A stretch of 64,000 nucleotides of DNA from a virus. The position numbers were made by a program, and so were the translations under genes. Each line of letters opens with the position of its first letter. Within the stretch, counting starts at the first letter, position 1. A model generated the notes under the pieces. That model did no database searches and was not told where the DNA came from. It saw only the letters and a list, made by a program, of their open reading frames with translations. This document shows positions 28,298 through 36,557 of this stretch, in pieces. The DNA lies in IMG/VR virus record IMGVR_UViG_3300047160_006900, positions 32,001-96,000 of that record. One strand, written 5' to 3'.

Positions 28298-31200
28298 ATG
28301 CGAGGAAATCGGGTCTCTAGCTACAAGCAGTGGCGACGTCCTCATCCGTCCCTGGAAGTTCCTGGTCCTCCGGCTTCCAATCAGCCCAACATGATCATCA
28401 CCGGGGTGACGTCCAACCCTACAGCCCCGGTGGCTGGCGATCATGTGGTCTTCACGGCCACGGTGCAGAACATTGGCGGAGCGTCGACTCCCGCTGGGAC
28501 TGTCGTGGACGTGCTGTTTGACCCAAACGGTGTCGTAGCGGCTGGTCAGCCCACTACCGCTGTCACTTGGGAGGACACATATACGACCGCTATTCCTCCT
28601 GGAGGAACCGTTGTCCTGACTGCCACGGGTGGATCGGTTGGATACTCGGCGGGTCCCCCGGTTGTTCCGGGACAGAACTATTGGGTGGCGGTGTCGGGAA
28701 CATACCCAATCCACTGCACGGTCAACAGCAACAACCGGTTCCCGGAATCGAATCTGGCTGACAATACCTTCGATCTGAGTCTCGTCGTGGCCCCGTCGAG
28801 CGTGGCAACGCCTCCGGCGGCTCCGACCCTGACTGCGACTCCGGGGAACGCCACTGTTGGGTTGTCCTGGACGGTGCCGAACAACAACGGCTCTGCGATC
28901 ACTAGCTACAACATCTACAAGAACACCGTGCTGTTGACCTCCGTGGCATCGACGGTCACGACCTACACCGACAATGCCGTTACCAATGGGACGTCGTACT
29001 CCTATGTGGTATCGGCCGTGAATGCGATCGGGGAGGGGTCCAAGTCCATCGCTGTTTCAACGACTCCGAACGTGACCTCGCCGCCCTCGGCTCCGACGCT
29101 GAACGGGACGAGCGGCAATGCCGTGAACCACCTGACTTGGACGGCCCCATCGGCTGGGGCTCCGTTCACGGGGGTCTGGGTATATCGGGGCGGGGCTTCG
29201 TACAACCACATCACTACGACCCCGTTGCCCACGACACAGGATGACGTCGGGGTCACGAACGGCACGACCTACAGCTACACCGTGGCTTACGAGAACGCCG
29301 TCGGTATCGGGACTCAGTCCAACACCATTACTTTGACGCCGGTCAGTGTTCCTGCCGCTCCGGTGCTCACCGCTACATCCGGATCAGCGCAGGTGGGCTT
29401 GTCGTGGACGACTCCGGCGGCGAACGGGTCCACGATCACCGGCTACAAGGTGTACCGCAACGGGACGTTGCTCGCTTCCCCGACAGCCTCGCCGTACACG
29501 GATACCACCGGAACCGTGGGGACGTCGTATTCCTACACCGTCAGTGCGGTGAACTCGATCGGGGAAGGCCCACAGTCGACCGCACAGTCGGCGGCTTCGA
29601 CGGCCATCACGGTCCCTGCCGCTCCGGTGCTCATGGTGCAGTCGGTGGGCAGCAACTCTGTGTCGTTGTCCTGGACGATCCCGGCGAACAACGGATCGGC
29701 CCTGGTCAACTACAAGGTCTACCGCAACAGCGCTCTGATCTACACGCAGACCCAGTTCCTCGATTCACCGGCTTATGGGGACGGTGGGGCGGTCAACGGC
29801 ACCACATACACGTATCAGGTCTCAGCTACCAATGGGATCGGGGAAGGTCCCAGGTCCAACACGGTGACCGCCACGCCGTCGGCAGTCGGTATCCCCTCGA
29901 TCCCGGCTGACGTCGTGGCCGGGGTACCGGGGAGTGATGTCGTCTCGTTCGGTGGGATCGGACATAGCTTCCAGTCGCAAGCGAACTATCAGACCTGGAA
30001 GTCTTGGCACTTCAACGGGCACACCATGGTCCCCAATGGGTCGGGGAACGCTCAGACCTCGTCGCAGCGATTCAAGGGTGCTTCCTCCCAGAACGACACC
30101 ACTCCGGGGATCTACGACTCTCAACGACTCACGGAAGGGTGGGGCGTTGCAGCCCTGAATGGGGGTTCACAGAACTCCCCCAACAACAACCTCGGGGCGA
30201 TCAACGCTTTTCGGAATGGGACCATCAAGTACGTCGGGTTCTTCATTGGCGTCGGCCCGGGTACCAATGATCTTCCGAACATCTATGACACCACCCAACG
30301 GGCGAAGGCTGCTCAGCGGGTCGCTGATATCGCTGCCTTCATGAAGTACATCCATCCGACTCGGACCTTCATTCAAAACGACTGGGAAGTTTCGGATTGG
30401 AGTAAGACCTCGTCAAATAACAACTCTCATACCCTGGCGGATTTCCAGACGACGTATGAGCAGTGGGGCTATGAGATCGGGACGGCGATCTACAGCACAG
30501 CGGGGCATACCGGGGCTATCTGGGGGCTCTACAACTTTGAGGTCTACGGCATGTGGATCTCACTCGTTCGGGCCAATAACGCTTCGCAGGCAGCAGGGCA
30601 TGGCCCGTTGGCGGCTCCATACACGCCGGATACTACGAGCACTCCTGCTCCGGTCCCGAACTACACCGTGGTCGGGGGCGCTGCCATGGATGGCAAGACC
30701 CTGTGTATGGCGGGGCTGATGCGTGCCCATGCTCAGTTTCAGGCTACGGGACCGATTCTCAAGACCGACGACATGTTTTATCGGCCTCCGCAGTATGGCG
30801 GGGCGTCCTATGACACGGCGCTGAAGTGGAATACCCAGGGCTGGATGGATTTCTGGTCCCACTACTTGCCGCAGTCGACGTGGGATCAGGTAGCCCCCTA
30901 TCTCGGTATCGTCCCCTTCACCTGGAGCGGGACTGACCGGAGCACGTTCTCGACCGATACCCAGTTCCCGGAGCCGACGCAGACCAACCTGTGGGCATCG
31001 TGCCGGAAGTACAGCATGTTCGGGTTGCGGATGGATTACACCTACGGGGGCTATTTCGGAACCCCGGGCCTGGTCGGAAATCCTCCGTACACACAGACTG
31101 ACAGTTACTCGGGCGGCGAGGGTCTCTGGGGGGTGTATTCGGTCAAGATCGGGACCACCACCGTCTACGCCAACGATCATACGCAGCCGCAGGCGAATGA

Positions 31201-31867
31201 GGCCCAGGTCAACTCCGCTGTCCAGATCACCGTGCCGCATGTTCCGGCTGGGACCGGCATTGTCGATGTCGTGGTCACCACCTCCAAGGGTGGGACGAAC
31301 GGCTGGGGTGGAGTCAGTGCCCGGGGTGGGGCAGCGAAGTTCAACTACGGGGACGGTGGTCCTGATACTTCGACCACCGGAGCGGCGACTGGACCGTCTC
31401 CACCCACGATTACGAGTATCAGCCCGTCGACCGGAGCGGCGAACTCCCAGATCGTCATCACCGGTACGAACTTCATGGGGAACGACTATCAGACCCCGTC
31501 TGGTCGTATCGCTGCCATGCAGCCGACGATCGACCCCACGCCGCAGGACACTACTGCGATCACGGTGGGGACGATCACCCAGGCTCGTAGTGGGACCACG
31601 GTCACGCTGACCTTCAACATGCAGCATCCGTTTGGGATGCATCACGCCACCTGGCTGCTCTACTCCACGGATGGAGTACTGGTGACCGCCCAGGGTGAGG
31701 CCAGGCTGACGTACAACCTGGGGGGTGGGAGTCCGACCGGGGGGATTCCGAACTCCTCCATGGACTGTGTAGCCACGATCCCCAACGCCACGGCGGGACT
31801 CTACGTCATCCTCACCTGCGTCTCCGCCATCGGCCAGCGGACGTCACGAAGGATTCAGTTGGCATGA
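28298..31867 (+). CDS. FN3-repeat protein A: CARDB-like + 4 FN3 + glycoside-hydrolase-like module with inserted IPT/TIG
   Basis: FTATVQNIG...FPESNLADN (CARDB); four LSW...Y.VYR...Y.Y.VSA.N..GEG repeats; FIQNDWE motif. Confidence 0.85.
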   Translation: MRGNRVSSYKQWRRPHPSLEVPGPPASNQPNMIITGVTSNPTAPVAGDHVVFTATVQNIGGASTPAGTVVDVLFDPNGVVAAGQPTTAVTWEDTYTTAIPPGGTVVLTATGGSVGYSAGPPVVPGQNYWVAVSGTYPIHCTVNSNNRFPESNLADNTFDLSLVVAPSSVATPPAAPTLTATPGNATVGLSWTVPNNNGSAITSYNIYKNTVLLTSVASTVTTYTDNAVTNGTSYSYVVSAVNAIGEGSKSIAVSTTPNVTSPPSAPTLNGTSGNAVNHLTWTAPSAGAPFTGVWVYRGGASYNHITTTPLPTTQDDVGVTNGTTYSYTVAYENAVGIGTQSNTITLTPVSVPAAPVLTATSGSAQVGLSWTTPAANGSTITGYKVYRNGTLLASPTASPYTDTTGTVGTSYSYTVSAVNSIGEGPQSTAQSAASTAITVPAAPVLMVQSVGSNSVSLSWTIPANNGSALVNYKVYRNSALIYTQTQFLDSPAYGDGGAVNGTTYTYQVSATNGIGEGPRSNTVTATPSAVGIPSIPADVVAGVPGSDVVSFGGIGHSFQSQANYQTWKSWHFNGHTMVPNGSGNAQTSSQRFKGASSQNDTTPGIYDSQRLTEGWGVAALNGGSQNSPNNNLGAINAFRNGTIKYVGFFIGVGPGTNDLPNIYDTTQRAKAAQRVADIAAFMKYIHPTRTFIQNDWEVSDWSKTSSNNNSHTLADFQTTYEQWGYEIGTAIYSTAGHTGAIWGLYNFEVYGMWISLVRANNASQAAGHGPLAAPYTPDTTSTPAPVPNYTVVGGAAMDGKTLCMAGLMRAHAQFQATGPILKTDDMFYRPPQYGGASYDTALKWNTQGWMDFWSHYLPQSTWDQVAPYLGIVPFTWSGTDRSTFSTDTQFPEPTQTNLWASCRKYSMFGLRMDYTYGGYFGTPGLVGNPPYTQTDSYSGGEGLWGVYSVKIGTTTVYANDHTQPQANEAQVNSAVQITVPHVPAGTGIVDVVVTTSKGGTNGWGGVSARGGAAKFNYGDGGPDTSTTGAATGPSPPTITSISPSTGAANSQIVITGTNFMGNDYQTPSGRIAAMQPTIDPTPQDTTAITVGTITQARSGTTVTLTFNMQHPFGMHHATWLLYSTDGVLVTAQGEARLTYNLGGGSPTGGIPNSSMDCVATIPNATAGLYVILTCVSAIGQRTSRRIQLA

Positions 31868-34677
31868 GGAATATCCGGACTGGCAGCTACAAGAGCTTCC
31901 GTCGACCGTGGCCCCGAACCGAGATCCCTGGCCCTCCGGTGGGCGTGGCTGTGGCTAACCCCCCGATTCTGCAGGCCGCTGCCGGAAATGCTTCCGTGGT
32001 CTTGACGTGGACTGTGCCCTTCGGAGCGGGGAGCACCGTTACTGGCTACAAGGTGTACAAGAACGGTTCCCTGCTCAGCCAGGTGACCGGTTTGACCCTC
32101 ACCGACAACTCCGTGACCAACGGGACGACGTATTTCTATGCCGTCTCGGCGCTGAACGCCATTGGGGAGAGCCTGACCTCACCCCCAGTGAGTGCGACTC
32201 CCTCCGGCACGCAGCCGACGGCTCCTCCGGCCCCGGTGATCACGGGGACGGCAGGGGACAAAACCGCCGCTGCTCACTGGGGCACTTTGGTAACCGGGGG
32301 ATCCCCCATCACCCACTTGCAGCCGCTCCTGAATGGGTCGGCAGTGGACGATTTCTCTGACCCGAACAACATCAACGGTGGGATCGCCACTTACACCAAT
32401 CTGACCAACGGTACCTTGTACGCCCTCAGCATCAAGGTGATCAATGCTGTCGGCTCTGCTACTTCCAACGTGGTGAATGTGACCCCGGTGGGGGCAGCGA
32501 CGGCTCCGTCGGCCCCGGTCCTGCAACTCACGGCGGGGAACACGCAGAACACCTTGACGTGGAATACCCCGGCCAATGGTGGGTCTGCCATCACGGGGTA
32601 CAAGCTGTATCGGAACACGGTTGCCTTGCTCACCCTGGGCGTGGTGACGACCTACACCGATACCGGGCTGACCAATGGGACGCTGTACACCTACACGATC
32701 ACCGCCCTCAATGCGGTAGGGGAGAGCGTTCAGTCGGCGGCGGTGGCCGGGACTCCGACTGGTACCCAGACTGTCCCCGGGGCTCCGGTGTTGTCCGGGA
32801 CGGTCGGAGACACCTTCGTCAACCTGACCTGGACGGTCCCGGCGACGGGGGGTGCAGCCCTCACTGGCTACAAGATCTATCGGGGTGGGGTGTTGGTCAC
32901 CAGCACGGTCCCGGGAACGACCTACACGGATTCAGGCCTGACCAACGGCACGGCCTATACGTACACCGTGTCGGCGGTCAACAGCGTCGGAGAAGGGCCA
33001 CTGTCGAATGCCCTGGTGCGGACCCCGGTGGCTGCCACCGGTTCACCCACTCTCCCCGCCAACCAACTGGTGGGTCAGCCCTCGTATCGGGCGATCTCCT
33101 GGGGCGGGGCGAACTTCGTGGACGTCAGTCAATCCGAGATGGATACCTGGAAGGGTTGGGGGTTCTATGCGACATCCACCGCTGGGATCGCTGGTTATAT
33201 CGGTCAAGCGCTGAGTGGGTCTGGACAGCTTCCTATTGATACGCCGAATCATGCGGGGTCTCAGTATCAGTGGCAGCGAGCCTTTGAGGGGTACACGGTC
33301 AGTGGGGTTAACACCTCAGGTCCGGATTCCAACGTCATCCTGGGTCTGGGTCCCTTCTATCGAACGAAGATCCATAACGACCCGACCTATGAGTCGTATC
33401 TCTCGGTCCATCCGGATACCTATCCGACCGGCGTATCCCCAGTCCTGCATGACTGGTGGGACGACACTTGGTGGGCCAACACAGCGGCATGGTTTGGAAT
33501 GGTGGCTCGGGATCTCAAGAATGTCCTGGGGGGATCCGGTATCGGCTTCGATACTGAGAGCGGAGCCTGGGGCACGCTGGTAGCAGGCCATACCTGGGAT
33601 CAGCAGAACCAGCAGGTCTTTAACCGTGGCTATCAGTGCGCCACGGCGTTCTGGCAGAACTTCCCGGATGGGAAGGTCTTCACCTACGACTACCGCCACT
33701 CCGGTGGCTGGCAGGAATACCTCTCTGGGTTCTACAACTCGGGTGATACCCGAACCATGCGTGCTAGCGGAGCCCAGACGTACTGGCATCTCGGTTGGGT
33801 CAAGGCGATGTGTGACTTTGGGAGTGTCAACTCCCGGCACATGACCATGGACGCCGTGTTCTACGTCTGGGGGGAATACGGATATCAGGCTGCGAACGGG
33901 ACCGACTGTCGAATCGCCCGCTTGAAGATCAACTGCGAGAGCGGCATGTCGCTGATGTCCCAGGAATATCCCTACGGGGTCGGGCAGGCGTCCTGGAGCA
34001 AGGGTGGGGACCGGATCCGGTTCATCCCGGCGTCCTGGCCTGATGGCGCTTCCGACAAGACCACCATGACTTCTCCGGCGACCTGGGCAGTGCAGACCGC
34101 TGCTGACCGGGAAGGAAGCATGGGGGAGTGGCGGTGTGTCTACCACGGAACTGAATCTGGTTCCGCTGGATGGCCGGGAGGGACTCCGGGTGGAACGTTC
34201 TACTCCGTCTACGGGAATACCAGTAGTGCGGTCTGGGGTATGGGGACGACGCATCTTGCGGCGAACCAGGCTGCAGCGAACCCGGCTGCGCTCACTGGTG
34301 ATACCCAGGTAGCGACCTGTATCAACCTCTCCTGGACCGGATCGACGTTGACCTGTCGTGCCGCCCACAAGTACGGCATCTGGTATGTCGAGGTCTTCAA
34401 CGGGGCCGCCTTCAACCCGGCCAACCCTGAGGCCTCCCGGCTGGGGCTCATGCAAATGTCCTGGGGGCGTCCGTCGTGGCCGGAGTATGTCGGGGCTGCT
34501 GGGAGTGCCGGGGGGTCTCCGTCGAACGCCAACATGTACACGACGGGAGCCATGGTTGCGGACAGCTACGTGGACTGCACCTTCCCCACCTCGGGAGCGG
34601 TCGGGGACTGGCGGGTGCTCAAGGTCATGACGGCCAAGATGGACACGTCCTGGTTCAAGGTGCAGCGGACGTCATGA
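31864..34677 (+). CDS. FN3-repeat protein B: 4 FN3 + glycoside-hydrolase-like module
   Basis: Four FN3 repeats; GGSGIGFDTE (DxE); Trp/Tyr-rich C-terminal half. Confidence 0.85.
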   Translation: MRNIRTGSYKSFRRPWPRTEIPGPPVGVAVANPPILQAAAGNASVVLTWTVPFGAGSTVTGYKVYKNGSLLSQVTGLTLTDNSVTNGTTYFYAVSALNAIGESLTSPPVSATPSGTQPTAPPAPVITGTAGDKTAAAHWGTLVTGGSPITHLQPLLNGSAVDDFSDPNNINGGIATYTNLTNGTLYALSIKVINAVGSATSNVVNVTPVGAATAPSAPVLQLTAGNTQNTLTWNTPANGGSAITGYKLYRNTVALLTLGVVTTYTDTGLTNGTLYTYTITALNAVGESVQSAAVAGTPTGTQTVPGAPVLSGTVGDTFVNLTWTVPATGGAALTGYKIYRGGVLVTSTVPGTTYTDSGLTNGTAYTYTVSAVNSVGEGPLSNALVRTPVAATGSPTLPANQLVGQPSYRAISWGGANFVDVSQSEMDTWKGWGFYATSTAGIAGYIGQALSGSGQLPIDTPNHAGSQYQWQRAFEGYTVSGVNTSGPDSNVILGLGPFYRTKIHNDPTYESYLSVHPDTYPTGVSPVLHDWWDDTWWANTAAWFGMVARDLKNVLGGSGIGFDTESGAWGTLVAGHTWDQQNQQVFNRGYQCATAFWQNFPDGKVFTYDYRHSGGWQEYLSGFYNSGDTRTMRASGAQTYWHLGWVKAMCDFGSVNSRHMTMDAVFYVWGEYGYQAANGTDCRIARLKINCESGMSLMSQEYPYGVGQASWSKGGDRIRFIPASWPDGASDKTTMTSPATWAVQTAADREGSMGEWRCVYHGTESGSAGWPGGTPGGTFYSVYGNTSSAVWGMGTTHLAANQAAANPAALTGDTQVATCINLSWTGSTLTCRAAHKYGIWYVEVFNGAAFNPANPEASRLGLMQMSWGRPSWPEYVGAAGSAGGSPSNANMYTTGAMVADSYVDCTFPTSGAVGDWRVLKVMTAKMDTSWFKVQRTS

Positions 34678-36557
34678 AAGGCCTCCGGACCGCTGCGAGC
34701 TATCGGTCGTGGAAGGTTCCACGGCCGTCCCTGGAGGTCCCTGGGCCTCCGGTGGGTGGGGCGGTGGTTCCAGCGGCTCCGTCGTTGGTGGGTACGGCCG
34801 GAGTCGGGCAGGCGAATCTGTCGTGGACCGTTCCCGCTAATGGGGGCAGCACAATCACCAGCTACAACATCTATCGCAATGGGGTGTTCTTGGCCTCGGT
34901 CGCCAACAACCCCATTCCGATGATTCCCGCTGATGTGGTAGCAGCGACTCCAACCTGGCAGTTCATCAGCCAGGGCAGCTACGAGAACTACAACGCCAGC
35001 GCTGCCAACTATCAGACCTGGAAGGGTTGGGGTATCGGCGGTCATGTGTTCCGGCTGGGCGCTGCCGGTGACAACATGACGCAGATCGGGCAGGGCACCA
35101 CCACCGCCAACGTGTTGGATGACCCCCACAAGTGGCAGCACGCCATGGAGGGTTACGCCTACAACGGGATCAACACGACCAACCCGACGTCGAACGTGCA
35201 GCAAAACATGGGGATCAAGATCGCCCATGACACCGATCCGTCGATCGAGTTGTGGATGTGGATCCAGCTCATGTTGCCGGGTGATCCGTGGGACGACGCC
35301 GCCTGGTCGGCATGGGCGACGTTCATGGCTGGTCGGGCGGCGTGTCTGAAGTTCTTCGGCGGGACTGGGTTCTTCACTGATACTGAGCGGCCCGGGAAGG
35401 GCAACGGGACCACCCAGTTCTCGCAGGGTGTGTGTTGGGACGTCAACGCCCAGCCGACCAGTCCCGGTCACATCGTCAATCCGGCCGACACGGGCCACAC
35501 GTTCTCCCAGATGTGTACGCAGATGGAAGCTCGGGGCTATCAGGTCGGCCAGCAGATCTACGCCGCTTTTCCTGATATCTCGATCGGCTACTACGACACG
35601 ATCCCCACCGGGTCGTGGGTGAACATGAACGTCTACCCGCAGACCGACGGGACGACCACCACCCCGCAGGTGCTCCCCGACCCGGGGACCGGCTATCGGG
35701 GTGGGTACGACGGCTGCACGCAGAACGCCTACAACCCGAAGATGCAGTTGCTGCTGGGGATGCTCCGGGCAGGTATGGAGGCGAACACCAAGGGCACCTT
35801 TACGTTCGTGGATCATCGTCTCGGCTACTACCTGGGTGCTGCGGCTACTGGTAATAGCTCCGTCGACTACCAGACAGCATGGAAGTGGAGCAATCACTAC
35901 ATACTCGCCCATTTCAGCCAGGAGTTGTCCCAACCGATGCGGGACTTCTGGATGTCCAAGTTGCACAACACGTTCAACACCTGGGGGAACGCCGAATCGG
36001 TGAGCACCTTCTCCCAGCAAAACGAGGTGAGCGAGGCGGGGTACAACACGCAACTGACCTATGCCCGGAAATGGGCGACGAGTACCCGTATGTTCAACTT
36101 CCAGAACTGGCCTCGTCCTGACGGCATCACTCCGGCCGGGACCGGGTTGTGGTCGGGGCAATGCCCCTACACTTACCCGACGACCCGTATCCCAGCGATG
36201 CAGACGCTGGCGTCGCAGACGCAGAATGTCGATTCGACGCCGATCACGGTGGGGACGATCGGCCAGGCTCGGAGTGGGACCACGGTGACGCTCACCTTCT
36301 CCTGCTCGCATGTCATTGGGATCCATCACGTCCACTGGACGTTGTACGCCTCGGATGGGAACACCATCGCTGGACAAGGCGAAGCGGTGATGACCGTCAA
36401 CCTGAATGGGGCTACGACCACTACACCGATAGCCAGCTTTAACCCGTCGATGGATTGCACGGTGACGGTACCGAACGCCATCGCCGGTCTCTACGTCATC
36501 CTGGACGTGTACTCCATCAAGGACCAACGCACGTCTCGACTAGTGCAGGTGACGTGA
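34674..36557 (+). CDS. Protein C: N-terminal half-FN3 + A-type hydrolase-like module
   Basis: Shared N-terminal motif; the FN3 stops after YRNGVFLASVA; GFFTDTE motif; C-terminal domain paralogous to protein A. Confidence 0.85.
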   Translation: MKGLRTAASYRSWKVPRPSLEVPGPPVGGAVVPAAPSLVGTAGVGQANLSWTVPANGGSTITSYNIYRNGVFLASVANNPIPMIPADVVAATPTWQFISQGSYENYNASAANYQTWKGWGIGGHVFRLGAAGDNMTQIGQGTTTANVLDDPHKWQHAMEGYAYNGINTTNPTSNVQQNMGIKIAHDTDPSIELWMWIQLMLPGDPWDDAAWSAWATFMAGRAACLKFFGGTGFFTDTERPGKGNGTTQFSQGVCWDVNAQPTSPGHIVNPADTGHTFSQMCTQMEARGYQVGQQIYAAFPDISIGYYDTIPTGSWVNMNVYPQTDGTTTTPQVLPDPGTGYRGGYDGCTQNAYNPKMQLLLGMLRAGMEANTKGTFTFVDHRLGYYLGAAATGNSSVDYQTAWKWSNHYILAHFSQELSQPMRDFWMSKLHNTFNTWGNAESVSTFSQQNEVSEAGYNTQLTYARKWATSTRMFNFQNWPRPDGITPAGTGLWSGQCPYTYPTTRIPAMQTLASQTQNVDSTPITVGTIGQARSGTTVTLTFSCSHVIGIHHVHWTLYASDGNTIAGQGEAVMTVNLNGATTTTPIASFNPSMDCTVTVPNAIAGLYVILDVYSIKDQRTSRLVQVT

